Source of the DNA: Leucoraja ocellata
Lineage: Eukaryota
DNA: 64,000 nt
Assembly (NCBI GenBank): GCA_036785375.1
Contig: JAWMAR010002559.1
Span: 1-64,000 of the forward strand
Reading direction: 5' to 3'
The notes under the pieces are model-generated. The model did no database searches. It saw only the letters and a list, made by a program, of their open reading frames with translations, and had not been told where the DNA came from. This document shows, one piece after another, positions 12,041-24,230 of the stretch. The translations under genes and the position numbers were made by a program. Each line of letters opens with the position of its first letter. Position 1 is the stretch's first letter.

Positions 12041-12521
12041 CCTCCTTAAAGCTCCTTATTGGTAATACTCTCTAAACTAGGCAGCGTTGTGCACCCTGAC
12101 CACATCCTTCCTGTAATGGGGTGACCAGAACTGCACACAATGCTTCAAATAATTTTATCTAATCTTCCTTATCCTAGAAGAGGAGAGAGGAAATATAGGA
12201 AGTATGTTGTCAAGCAGGAAAGGGTGCAGCGAAGATTCATGAGGATGTGGCCAGGACTAGAGGGCCTGAGCTATAGGGAAATGTTGAGCAGGCTGGGACT
12301 CTCTTCCTTGGAGAACAGGGGGATGAGCGGTGATCTTATAGAGGTGTTTAAAATCATGAGAGGAATAGATCGGGTAGATTCACCGAGTCTCTTGCCCAGA
12401 GTAGGTGAATCGAGGACCAAAGGACATAGGTTTGAGTGTGTGTGTTAGTGAATTCCAGCATCTCTCATGGGCCAATAAACCATCTGCCTTTACATAGACA
12501 TGACAGTGTGTGTCTACACAC

Positions 12522-13239
12522 ATTCTACAGTGAGGGTCACATCCCTCTCTGCTGTCCCATGGTCATTCTCCGCCACACATTGATAGACCCCAGCGTCCTT
12601 CCCTGTCAGCTGAGGGAATTGAAAAGACTAGGCTTGTATTCACTGGAGTTTAGAAGGATGAGGGGATATCTTATAGAAACATATAAAATTATAAAAGGAC
12701 TGGACAAGGTAGATGCATGAAAATGTTCCCAATGTTGGATGAGTCCAGAACCAGCACCACAGTCTTAGAACAAAGGGGAAGCCATTTAAGACTGAGGTGA
12801 GAAAAAACTTTTTCACCCAGAGAGTTGTGAATTTGTGGAATTCCCTGCCACAGAGGGAAGTGGAGGCCAAGTCACTGGATAGATTTAAGAGAGAGTTAGA
12901 TAGAGCTCTAGGGACTAGTGGAATCAAGGGATATGGGGAGAAGACAGGCACGGGTTATTGATTGGGGACGATCAGCCATGATCACAATGAATGGCGGTGC
13001 TGGCTCGAAGGGCCGAACGGCCACCTCCTGCACCTATTTTCTATGTCTATGTCTATGTCCATCCACAGCTCGTTGCTGGAACGTGTTGTGTTCAGCGTGA
13101 CACCGATGTCTCCACATCAGGTTAGACGCTGGGAAACTCTGGAGGGAGCAGAGGATCGCTGCAGAGTTTCCTTCCTTTATACTGACGCAGGAATTGTTCA
13201 CATTGTCGGGGGATGTGATTGAGAGATTCTGGGGGGCGT
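12522..13239 (-). pseudogene. Copy A disrupted Ig3 exon (frameshift plus CR1 insertion)
   Basis: 5' half 13057-13239: YAPQNLSITSPDNVNNSCVSIKEGNSAAILCSLQSFPASNLMWRH, frameshift ~13105, then GVTLNTTRSSNELWMD. 3' half 12522-12618: FPQLTGKDAGVYQCVAENDHGTAERDVTLTVE then gt. Confidence 0.9.
12619..13056 (+). mobile_element. 5'-truncated CR1 inserted in the Ig3 exon (paralog 48337-48772)
   Basis: LGLYSLEFRRMRG.LIETYKI, CR1 3'UTR and (CTATGT)n tail, flanked by contiguous Ig coding halves. Confidence 0.9.
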
Positions 13240-14120
13240 CTGCAAACAGATAACATTCAGCAACCAGTTTTGCGGCACTTTCGGTGATCCTTGTAAAAGA
13301 CTTTAGTCTTCAGACTGTAGAGATACAATGCGAAAATAGGCCCTTCAGCCCACGGAGTCTGCGCCAACCATCGATCACACATTCACACACTAGTTCTATG
13401 TTTAGGGAAATGAGAGATATAGACGATGGTGTAGAGACATATAGAACAAAGAATGAAAGATATGCAAAAAGTTAACGATGATAAAGGAAACAGGCCGTTG
13501 TTAGCTGTTTGCTGGGTGAGAACGAGAAGCTGATGAGACTTGGGTGGGGGAGGGATGGAGAGAGAGGGAATGCCGGGGCTACCTGAAGTTAGAGAAATCA
13601 ATATACATACCACTGGGCTGTAAACTGCCCAAACAAAATATGAGATGCTGATCCTCCAATTTGCATTTAACCTCACTATGACAATGGTGGTGTCCGAGGA
13701 CAGAAAGTTCAGTGTGGGAATGGGAAGGAGAATTAATGTGTTTAGCAACCAGGAGATCAGGTAGGTCATACATCTCTCCACATCATCGTCTATATCTCTC
13801 GTTTCCCTTTCCCGAACTTTCAGTCTGAAGAAGGTTCTCGATCTGAAACGTCACCCATTCCTTCGCTCCAGAGATGCAGCCTGTCCTGCTGAGTTTCTCC
13901 AGCTTTTGGTGTTGATTTGATTAGTACAGGTGCCAGTGGATATGGGGAGAAGGCAGAAGAAAGGGGTTAGGATAGAGAGATTGATCAGCCATGATTGAAT
14001 GGCAGAGTAGAGTTGATGGGCTGAATGGCCTAATTCTGTACCTATCGTCTATGACCTTATATACCAGCGCTGCTAATAGATTATTGATGTTCCTGCACAA
14101 TAAACGATCTCCGTACTTAC

Positions 14121-14414
14121 ATTCCACAGTCAGTGGGAGGATCTGCTCCGATGACACAGTTGGGTATGTGACTCTGCAGGTGAGGTTTTGCCCGTGATGT
14201 TTGAGCGCTGGGGTCAGGGACAGAACAGAAGTATATGTCAGAGTGTCACCCTGCTGAGTTACGCTGTGTGAGGCTGACGGTGGTTCATCAGCGGGGGTGA
14301 CCCAGGTTAAGGTGGGTGCCGTTCCATCACACGTGGTGTTGAAGGAGCAGGTCATGTTCACAGGCTTTCCTGCCACCAATTCAGCAGGGAATATCGTGGG
14401 TTTATCCGTGAAAT
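14121..14414 (-). CDS. Copy A C2-set Ig exon (98 codons)
   Basis: tgtgttag acceptor, T|gtaagt donor. DFTDKPTIFPAELVAGKPVNMTCSFNTTC...LTW...HHGQNLTCRV...LTVE, typical Siglec domain 2 with the extra Cys. Confidence 0.93.
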
Positions 14415-14870
14415 CTAACACACAGAGAAACAAATACTGTTAGTTAAATATCACTGGATGCATCGGTTCACATTGAAATCCCAGTCCCACATGAGCAAGA
14501 ATGTTTTTACTAGTTATAGAAGTGTGAAAACACACACCTCCAGATTCAGGGACAGTTTCTTCCCAGCTGTTATCAGGCAACTGAATCATTCTACCACAAC
14601 CAGGGAGCGATCCTGAACTACAATCTGCCTCAGCAGAAAGACTATACATGATTGCAATCGAGCCATTTGCAGTGTATGGATACATGATAAGGGAATAACG
14701 TTTAGTGCAAGGTAAAGCCAGCAAAGTCCAATCAAGGATAGTCCGATGGGTCACCAGTGAGGTCAACAGTAGTTCAACACTGCTCTCTGGTTGTGGTAGG
14801 TTGGTTCAGTTGCCTGATAACAGCTGGGAGAAACTGTTGAGTGAATGAGTGAATTATACAGAGCACTTAC

Positions 14871-15239
14871 CAGTAACACTGAGCTTTGTTACAGGGTGGT
14901 AGTTGTAAACATCTCCCCCATCGAATTCAACTCTGAACAAATAAGGACCTGCATCTTGCTGCGTGACGTTGTCTATGACCAGGGAACAGTCGTTGTCTAT
15001 CAGGATTCCTGACAGCCGGGTCCGATGCTGAAACTTTGTTGATTCTAGACTGTGATCCCCGGAGTGGAAGGCTACAGGACCTTTGTTGGTGTGCGACCAA
15101 CTGTTAAACCAGATTCCAGTCCGTGGTTTACTGTTCAGTCCCGACGGGTACGTGTAGTTACACGGAATCCGTGCACACAAACCGTTCTGCGCTGTCACAG
15201 CTCCGGGAATGTCCGCTCTCCACTCTCCCGACATCACGG
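14871..15239 (-). CDS. Copy A Siglec-type V-set Ig exon (123 codons)
   Basis: ttctctcctcag acceptor, G|gtaagt donor, phase 1-1. Siglec signatures GLCARIPC, NDCSL, and DAGPYLFRVE with the F-strand Arg (AGA 14932-14934). Confidence 0.93.
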
Positions 15240-15373
15240 CTGAGGAGAGAAGGAACAATCTTTAGCAGTGAACACCCTGTCAGTTCACTGGACTTTCCAC
15301 ACCGTTTATCCTGCGCTGTGGACCCGGTGTGAACAGAGCGTAGAAGAGCAGCATGGTGGCGTAGTGGTAGAGT

Positions 15374-15541
15374 CTCCCTCCTCACCGCCCCTCCCCCAGT
15401 GCATCACTCCCTCCTCACCGCCCCTCCCCCAGTGCATCACTCCCTCCTCACCGCCCCTCCCCCAGTGCATCACTCCCTCCTCACCGCCCCTCCCCCAGTG
15501 CATCACTCCCTCCTCACCGCCCCTCCCCCAGTGCATCACTC
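15374..15541. repeat. 33-bp minisatellite, 5 perfect units, in the leader-V intron
   Basis: Unit ctccctcctcaccgcccctcccccagtgcatca. Confidence 0.95.
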
Positions 15542-15575
15542 CCCGTAAACACTTCTGAGTTGCTGCTGATGGTAC

Positions 15576-15615
15576 CTTGGAGAAGGGAGAGGAGGAAGAA
15601 CGATCTCCCGATCAT
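15576..15615 (-). CDS. Copy A signal-peptide exon, MIGRSFFLLSLLQ(A)
   Basis: ATG at 15615 (acaATG), hydrophobic core, phase-1 donor AAG|GTACC. Acceptor ctttctcttccag opens the exon at 15657. Joins the V exon as ...LLQAVMSGEW. Confidence 0.85.
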
Positions 15616-17189
15616 TGTCCGATCCCAGATATCCCGTCAGTTACCCGATCTCCCGGTCTGGAAGAGAAAGTTATTGCAGTAAAACTCCAGCGACCAATAT
15701 ACATTAAGCAACATGGATGCAATGCTGAGGCTCTATGAGGAGCTGGTGAGGCCACATTTGGAATATTGTGAGGAATTTTGAGCTCCGCATCTGATGAAGA
15801 ATGTGCTGGCTCTGGAGAGGGTCCGGAGGAGGTTTACAGGAATGGTCCCAGGAATGAGTGTGTTTACATATGAGAGTGTTTGTCAGCACTGGGTCTGTAC
15901 TAGCTGGAGTTTAGAAGAATGAGGGAGGACCGCATTGAAACTTACCGAATAGTGAAAGGCTTGGATAGAGTGGATGTGGAAAGGACTTTTCCACTACTGG
16001 GAGGGTCATAGCCTCAGAATTCAACGTTCTTCTAGGAAGGAGATGAGGAGGAATTTCTTTAGTGAGAGGGTGGTGAATCTGTGGAATTCTTTGCCACAGA
16101 AGGCTGTGGCGGCCCAGTCAGTGGATATTGTTGAGGCAGAGAAAGATAGATTGTGAATTTGTCCGGGTGTCACGGGTTATAGGGAGAATCATAATAATAA
16201 TAATCTTTATTTATATAGCACTTTTCAACAAAACCAGTATTTGAACCAAAGTGCTTTACAGAGTTTGATTAAATTAATAGACCAGACCAAATGTCAATAT
16301 ATCCATACAAAACAAAAAAGAGAAAAAAGAAAAAAAGACACAGAACAGTATACTATAGAAATCAACATGAAACGTCCCCCCACAGCAGAATTCACTGTGA
16401 GGGAAGGCACTAAAAATATCCAGTTCTCCCGCTCACAGTCCACCCGAGGTCGGGGTCTATATGTGGCCTCCTCAGCCAACTCGATGTTCTCAGGCCCTCT
16501 GCCGCGAAGCTGGATCATCGGCGTCGGGTGAACATTCTTCAGCAAGGCAGGAGAATGGGATCAGTAGGGAGAGATGGATCAGCCATGATTAAAAGGCGGA
16601 GTAGATTTGATGGGCTGAATGGCCTAATTCTGCTCCTATCACATGTCTGTTAATATCACCAACAGCATACGCTGCACCAACTACATTGAAGCTGTGGTCA
16701 ATAAAGCAACTGATGTCTCATCTTGCTCAAAAGATGAAGGAAGTTCAGCATTTCTCCAGTGACTCACACCAACTTCTCCACATGAACTGTGAAAGAACAC
16801 GGTTAGGTTGCATTACACTTTGGTTTGGGACCAGCTCTGCCCAAGACCACAAGAAATTGCTCAGAGTTTAGTTTAGTTTAGAGATACAGCACAGAAACAG
16901 GCTCCCACGGCCCACAGACCATGCCGACCACTTCACACACTAGTTCTATGTTTACTTTTTGAGATACAACACGGAAACTGAACCTTTACCCCACCGTGCC
17001 CGCATCGACCATCGATCACCCGTTCACACACTAGTTCTGTGTTTAGTCTAGAGATACAACGTGGAAACAGGCCCTTCGACCCATCGAGTCTGTGCCGACC
17101 AGCGATCCCCCGCACACTAACACTATCCTACACACGCTAGGGACAATTTACAATGTTGCCAAGCCAATTAGCCTACAAGCCTGCACGTC

Positions 17190-17592
17190 ATTGGGGGGAT
17201 GAATGTGGGGGGTGAGTGTGGGGGGAAGTGTGGGGGGTGAGTGTGGGGGGGTGAGTGTGGGGGTGAGTGAAGTGGGGAAGGGGTATGGGGAAGGGGGGGT
17301 GTGTGGGAGTGTTGGGGCGGGGAAGGGTGTGTGTGGTGTGTGGTGGAGGGAGTTGGGGAAGTTGGGGTGGGGAGGGGGGGTGTAGGGGAGGGGGGGTGTA
17401 GGGGAGGGGGGTGTATGGTAGGGGGGTGTAGGAGAGGAGGGGTGTAGGGGAGGGGGGATGTGGGAGGGGGAGTGTGGGAGGGGGGGCATGTGGGTGGGGT
17501 GGTGTAGGGGGAGGGGTGGGGAGGGGGGTGTAGGTGAGGGGGGGGTGTGTGGGGGAGGGGGGTGTAGGGGAGGTGGGTGTAGGGGAGGGGGG
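17190..17592. repeat. G-rich low-complexity tract (also ~22790-22920 and 53100-53249)
   Basis: Direct inspection. Confidence 0.9.
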
Positions 17593-18736
17593 TCAACAGC
17601 CCACACTCTGCTGCTTCAGCTTTATTCTCGGCAGCTTCTGGACGGGCGACATCTGAACCATTTTTGAGCAAATTTAGAAACAACACAGAGGGGAAGTGGT
17701 CAAGATGAGAGTTTTAGTAATAGTGTAGACAGAAGATAGATTGTATCAGGATGCATCGCAGCTTGCTTTGGGAACAGCTCCATCCAAGATCGCAACAGGT
17801 CCTTCGGCCCACCATGTCCATGCCAGCCCTTTTTTCAGCCCATCTATTGGTCTGATTGTATAATTGCCATGTGTACCAGAATTCAGTGTTTGCACGCAAC
17901 CCAGGCTGGTCGTACTGTATAAGGTCATAAGAGATAGGAGCAGAATTAAGCCATTCGGCCCATCAAGTCTGCTCCACCATTCAACCATGGCCGATATATC
18001 TCTATCTCCTAACCCCATTCTCCTGCCTTCTCCCCATAACCTCTGACACCAGTACAAATCAAGAATCAATCCGTCTCAGCCTTAAATAATCCACTGACTT
18101 AGCCTCTACAATGCACTGTGGTAAAGAATTCCACAGATTCACCACCCTCTGACTGAAGATGTCCTTCCTCATCTCCTTCCTAAAAGAACATCCTTTAATT
18201 CTGAGGCTGTAATCTCTGGTCCTAGACTCTCCCACTAGTGGAAACATCCTCTCCATGTTCACTCTATCCAAGCCTTTCATTATTCTGTATGTTCCCCCCT
18301 CATTCTGCTAAACTCCAGCGAGTACAGGCCCAGTGCTATCAAACGCTCATCATATGTTAACCCACTCATTCCAGGGATCATTCATGTAAACCTCCTCTGG
18401 ACCCTCTCCAGAGCCAGCACATCCTTCCTCAGATTGGGGCCCAAAATTGCTGACAATATTGAGTACGATATATACTGAGAGTCATGGGAGAGGGAGACAC
18501 AGAAATACCTTTCTGTCCTGGGCCTCCTTCACTGTTCGAGTCAGGCCCAACGCAAATTGGGAAACAGCACCTCATATTACGCTTGGGCAGCTTACACCGG
18601 TACGATTATCGACTTCTCTAACTTCGTCGCCTTGCTTTCCCTCTGTCTCCATCCCTCCTCTTTCCTATTCTACAACCAGTCTGACCGTCCTCTTGACGGT
18701 CTTGTGGGAATGAGCGACAGACACGGAATTACGTAC

Positions 18737-18812
18737 CTGGGTTCTGTCCGCTGGTCAAGTATCGACTGACAAACACTCAGGGAGCCAGTGTCCTGATCCT
18801 CAGCGGCCGTCA
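18737..18812 (-). other. Candidate 5'UTR exon of copy A (duplicate at 24067-24142)
   Basis: Island with no TE signature, ttctccacacag acceptor and CAG|gtacgt donor, next to GGAAGT motifs. The leader exon has an acceptor, so an upstream exon is expected. Confidence 0.4.
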
Positions 18813-18900
18813 CTGTGTGGAGAACACAAATGTGTAGAGGGGTAGATTAGCATCTGGAAACGGAAGTAAAATAAGGAAGTATTCTTTTATCAGCAAACGG

Positions 18901-20734
18901 GTAAGTAAGTTAGTAAGTAAGTTTATTGGCCAAGTATTTACATACAAGGAATTTGCCTTGGTGCTCCGCCCACAAGTAACAACATGACATACAGTGACAG
19001 TTACGAATAACTCAGAAAACACTAAACAATAATAATGATAAAACATTAATGATAAAACACCATTGATCAAGCATGTGAACCAACAAAATACCAGATCAAA
19101 GGGAGGCTACAGATTTTTGGCTGTTGAGTAGAGCAACTACTCGTGGATAAAAACTGTTTTTATGTCTGGCTGTGGCAGCTTTGACAGTCCGGAGTCGCCT
19201 TCCAGAGGGAAGTAATTTAAAGAGTATGTGGCCAGGGTGAGAGGGGTCAGAGATGATCTTGCCCGCTCGCTTCCTGACCCTTACAGTGTACAGTTCATCA
19301 ATGGAGGGAAGGTTGCAGCCAATAACCTTCTCTGCTGATCGGACGATTCGCTGCAGCCTCCAGGTGTCGTGCTTGGTGGCTGAGCCAAACCAGACCATGA
19401 TGGAGAAGGTGAGAACAAACTCTACGATGGCCCTGTAGAATTGGACCATCATTGCCAGTGGCAGATTGTGCTTCCTCAGCTGCCATAGGAAGTACATCCT
19501 CTGTTGTGCCTTTTTGACTGTTAAGTCGATGGTAGCCCACTTAAGGTCCTTGAGATGATGGTTCCCAGGAACTTAAAAGACTCCACTGATGTGACTGTGG
19601 TGTTGTTGATGGTGAGTGGGGAACGGGAGGGAGAAGATCTCCTAAAGACTACAATCAATTCCACTGTCTTAAGAGCATTGAGCTCTAGGTTGTTGCGATG
19701 GCACCAGGACGCCAGCTGTGACAACTCGAGGACAACTCCTGTCTGTAGGCAGATTCCTCCCCATCCTGGATCAGTACAATCAGGCTTGTGCCATACACAA
19801 ACTTTAGAAGCTTGACAGAGGTGTCTGTGGAGGTGCAGTCGTTGGTGTAGAGCGAGTAGCGGAGAGCGCCTTGCGGTGCTCCTATGCTGAGCGTTTGCGG
19901 GTCCAAGATGTGCTTTCCCAGCCTCACATGCTACTTCCAGTCTGTCAGGAAGCTGGTGATCCACCGACAGAGAGGTTCAGGCACAGTCAACTCGGAAAGT
20001 TTGGAGTGTAATAGCACTGGCACAATGGTGTCGATTGCAGAGCTAAAATCAACAAACAGGATCCTTGAATAGGTCCCCTGGCGGTCTAGGTGCTGTAGGA
20101 TGAAGTGCAGGCCCAGGTTGACTGCTTCATCCACAGATCTATTGGCCCAATATGCAAACTGCACAGGGTCCAGCAGTGGGATTGTGATATTTTTCAGCTT
20201 GGCCAGCACAAGCGTTTCAAGTGTCTTCACGACTACAGAGGTCAGTGCAACAGGCCAGGGTAATCCTTGCCTTTTTGGGTACAGGGACAATAGTGGAGAC
20301 TTTGAAGCAGGCAGGGACAGTACATGTTTCCAGGGACTGGTTCAAAATGTCTGTATAGACCGTTGTTTGGCACAGAGCTTAAGAGTAGAGGGGGAAACAT
20401 TGTCAGGTCCTAGAGATTTACGGCTTTTTTGTCTTCTGAAAAGCCTCTCCGCCTCCTGATGAAGTGATGTTGCTCAGCAAGGAGGGTGTGGGTAATTGGG
20501 TGTGAAGTGGTGATTGCAGGGGGGTGGGTGTAGAAGGGCCCAGTCTTTGCAGACTATCTGGCTGTGAATGGGTGTGAAGTGTTGGTTGGGGTGGGAAATG
20601 GTTCTGTCGTTTCATAGTGTAGTCTTGCCTTAAATAGATGTAAAGTGATGAATGGGAAGGAGAGGGTGCAGGGTCGATTCTTTGCAGACTGGGGTCTGGC
20701 TGTGTTAGTTGGGGAGGGCGGCAGGGGGAGTGGT
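18901..20734 (-). mobile_element. Rex1/Babar-like LINE, truncated duplicate
   Basis: RT motifs PVALTSVV, QFAY, RILFVDFSSA, FKFLG; (AAGT)n tail; frameshifted. Confidence 0.85.
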
Positions 20735-21699
20735 TACCCCTCAGATTGCAATTAACATTTTTCCCCCTCTCACCTTAAATCAATGTCCTTTGGTCCTCGA
20801 TTCACCTACTCTGTGCAAGAGACACTGTGTGTCTACCCGATCTATTCCTCTCATGATTTTATGCATCTGCATAAGATCACCCCTCATCCTCCTGCGTGCA
20901 AGGAATAGCATCCCAGCGACCCATTCCTGGTAACATCCTCATAAATCTTCTCCGTACCCATTCCAGCTGAAAACATCTTTCCGATCACATGGTGCCCAGA
21001 ACTGAATGCACATATTCTGAATGCGGCTTCACCAACGGCTTACACAACTGCAACAGAACCTTCCGATTTCTGAACTGTGCAAACTGTGTGAGCAGGTGTG
21101 AATGGGTCCAAAGCCTGGCAAGTGATAGTGGATACAGGTGAGGGGGGCAGATGATTAGACTAGGTGGGAGAATCTAAGTACAGAGGTCACAGCCACAGAA
21201 TTGAAGGACGTTCTTCTGGGAAGGCGATAAGAAGGAATTTCTTCGGTCAGAGGATGGCGAGTGTGGAATTATTTGCCACACAAGGCTGTGGAGGCCGTCA
21301 ATTAATATTTTTTTAAGGTACAAAATACACCAGATAGATTCTTGATTAGTACGGGTGTCAGGGGTTATGGGGAGAAGGCAGGAGAATGGGTTGAGAGGGA
21401 ATGATAGACCAGCCATGATTGAATGTTTGCTGTAGACTTGATGGGCCGAACGGCTTAATTCGGCTCCTATCATAAGGTCATCAGGAATAGGAGTAGAAGA
21501 ATGTCTTTTAATTCTGAGGCTGTGACCTCTACTCCTAGACTCATCCAATGGTGGAAATATCCTCTTAACATCCACTCTATCCAAGCCTTTCACTATTCTG
21601 TATTTTTCAATGAGGTCCCCCCTCATTCTTCTCAACTCCAGCGAGAACAGCCCCAGTGCCAACAAGCGCTGATCATAGGTTAATCTCGTGATTACCATA

Positions 21700-22470
21700 T
21701 AACCATATAACAATTATAGCACGGAAACAGGCCATCTCGGCCCTTCTAGTCCGTGCCGAACACTTATTCTCCCCTAGTCCCATCTATCTGCACTCAGACC
21801 ATAACCCTCCATTCCTTTCCCGTCCATCTACCTATCCAATTTATTTTTAAATGATAAAATTGAACCTTCCTCCAGCACTTCCACTGGAAGCTCATTCCAC
21901 ACCGCTACCACTCTGAGTAAAGAGATCCCCCTCATATTACCCCATAACTTCTGTCCCTTAATTCTCAAATCATGTCCTCTTGTTTGAATCTTCCCTACTC
22001 TCAATGGAAAAAGCTTATCCACGTCAACTCTGTCTATCCCTCTCATCATTTTAAAGACCTCTATCAAGTCTCCCCTTAAACTTCTGCGCTCCAAAGAATA
22101 AAGACCTAACCTGTTCAACCTTTGTCTGTAACTTAGTTGCTGAATCCCAGGCAACATTCTAGTAAATCTCCTCTGTACTCTCTCTATTTTGTTGACATCC
22201 TTCCTATAATTTGGCGACCAAAATTGTACACCATACTCCAGAATTGGCCTCACCAATGCCTTGTACAATTTTAACATTCCTGGGATCATTCTTGTAAACC
22301 TCCTCTGGATCCTCTCCAGAGCCAGCACATCCTTCCTCAGATACGGTGCCCAAAATCGCTCACAATATTCCAAATGCGGCCTCACCAGCACCTTATGGAG
22401 CCTCAACATTATACCCCACGTTTTTGTATAAAACCCTCTTGAAATAAATGCTAGCGTTGACTTTGCTCTC
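21700..22470 (-). mobile_element. Nested CR1 3' fragments (paralogs ~30162-30940 and ~55180-55960)
   Basis: Two successive VRPxLEY...RRFTRM motifs in ORFs 21828-22487, 30365-30961 and 55370-55981. Confidence 0.85.
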
Positions 22471-22494
22471 TTTACTACTGTCATCACTATAACT

Positions 22495-22650
22495 TATGAA
22501 GTGGCAGAGACTCGAGAGGCCCAACGACTTCTTGATATATGAGGAAGTAACAGGAAATTTAGTGCAGAAAATGAAAATGTTCATTCACAGAATGAAGGGA
22601 AATGTATTCATTTGCATCCTCACGTCTGAGTTCCCCAGAGGTGAGGGTGC
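22495..22650. promoter_or_regulatory. ETS/PU.1 plus IRF motif cluster (related copies ~27975, 30970, 53558, 55990)
   Basis: GAAGTG, GAGGAAGT, CAGGAAA and GAAAATGAAA within ~80 bp of sequence showing no TE signature, upstream of the gene. Confidence 0.35.
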
Positions 22651-24230
22651 AAAACACTCCCTTTATTCATTGTGGAAACAAAGTTCTGGAGGAACTCACG
22701 GATCTGTGGGGGTTAGACACAAAGTGCTGGAGTAACTCAGCGGGACGGGCAGCATCTCTGTAGAGAAGGAATGGGTGATGTTTCGGGTGTGTAGGGGAGG
22801 GGGGTGTAAGGGAGGGGGGGTGTAGGGGAGGGGGATGTGGGAGGGGGTTGTAGGGGAGTGGGGGTGTAGGGGAGGGGGGGTGTGTGGGAGGGGGTGGGGG
22901 AGGGGGGATGTGGGAGGGGGCTCAACAGCCCACACTCTGCTGCTTCAGCTTTATTCTCGGCAGCTTCTGGACGGGCGACATCTGAACCGTTTTTGAGCAA
23001 ATTTAAAAACAACACAGAGGGGAAGTGGTCAAGATGAGAGTTTTAGTAATAGTGTAGACAGAAGATAGATTGTATCAGGATGCATCGCAGCTTGCTTTGG
23101 GAACAGCTCCATCCAAGATCGCAACAGGTCCTTCGGCCCACCATGTCCATGCCAGCCCTTTTTTTGGCCCATCTATTGGTCTGATTGTATAATTGCCATG
23201 TGTACCAGAATTCAGTGTTTGCACGCAACCCAGGCTGGTCGTACTGTACAAGGTCATAAGTGATAGGAGCAGAATTAAGCCATTCGGCCCATCAAGTCTG
23301 CTCCACCATTCAATCATTGCAGACCTATCTCTATCTCCTAACCCCATTGTCCTGCCTTCTCCCCATAACCTCTGTCACCAGTACAAATCAAGAATCTATC
23401 CGTCTCAGCCTTAAATAATCCACTGACTTAGCCTCTACAGTCTACTGTGGCAAAGAATTCCACAGATTCACCACCCTCTGACTGAAGATGTCCTTCCTCA
23501 TCTCCTTCCTAAAAGAACATCCTTTAATTCTGAGGCTGTAATCTCTAGTCCTAGACTCTCCCACTAGTGGAAACATCCTCTCCACGTTCACTCTATCCAA
23601 GCCTTTCATTATTCTGTATGTCCCTCCCTCATTCTGCTAAACTCCAGCGAGTACAGGCCCAGTGCTATCAAATGCTCATCATATGTTAACCCACTCATTC
23701 CTGGGATCATTCATGTAAACCTCCTCTGGACCCTCTCCAGAGCCAGCACATCCTTCCTCAGATATGGGGCCCAAAATCGCTCACAATATTGAGTACAATA
23801 TATACTGAGAGTCATGGGAGAGGGAGACACAGAAATACCTTTCTGTCCTGGGCCACCTTCACTGTTCGAGTCAGGCCCAACGCAAATTGGGGAACAGCAC
23901 CTCATATTACGCTTGGGCAGCTTACACCGGTACGATTATCGACTTCTCTAACTTCGTAACCTTGCTTTCCCTCTGTCTCCATCCCTCCTCTTTCCTATTC
24001 TACAACCAGTCTGACCGTCCTCTTGACGGTCTTGTGGGAACGAGCGACAGACACGGAATTACGTACCTGGGTTCTGTCCGCTGGTCGAGTATCGACTGAC
24101 AAACACTCAGGGAGCCAGTGTCCTCATCCTCAGCGGCTGTCACTGTGTGGAGAACACAAATGTGTAGAGGGGTAGATTAGCATCTGGAAACGGAAGTAAA
24201 ATAAGGAAGTATTCTTTTATCAGCAAACGG

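Larger units (their letters stand above)
1..15657 (-). other. Siglec/MAG-like receptor gene, copy A (span; 3' end runs off the window start)
   Basis: Ordered minus-strand exons with compatible splice phases: leader 15576-15615, V 14871-15239, C2 14121-14414, dead Ig3 12522-13239, Ig4 9067-9360 (no AG), TM 3776-3875, cytoplasmic 2046-2111, terminal <1-215. Skipping Ig3 and Ig4 gives an 840-nt ORF (279 aa). Confidence 0.85.
17585..22790 (+). repeat. Internal duplication: 17585-20730 matches 22915-26070; 20730-22790 matches ~28505-31265
   Basis: Near-identical sequence and ORF translations in both places. The junction at ~20733 skips ~2.4 kb present in the downstream copy. Confidence 0.9.

Noticed and set aside
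14871-15239. Assigning the symbol MAG, CD22, CD33 or SIGLEC15
   Set aside because: Family signatures are clear, but orthology needs a phylogeny; tandem duplication and fast divergence are unlike the conserved MAG gene.
15374-15541. 33-bp repeats as a CRISPR array
   Set aside because: Head-to-tail units with no spacers, eukaryotic intron, no cas genes.
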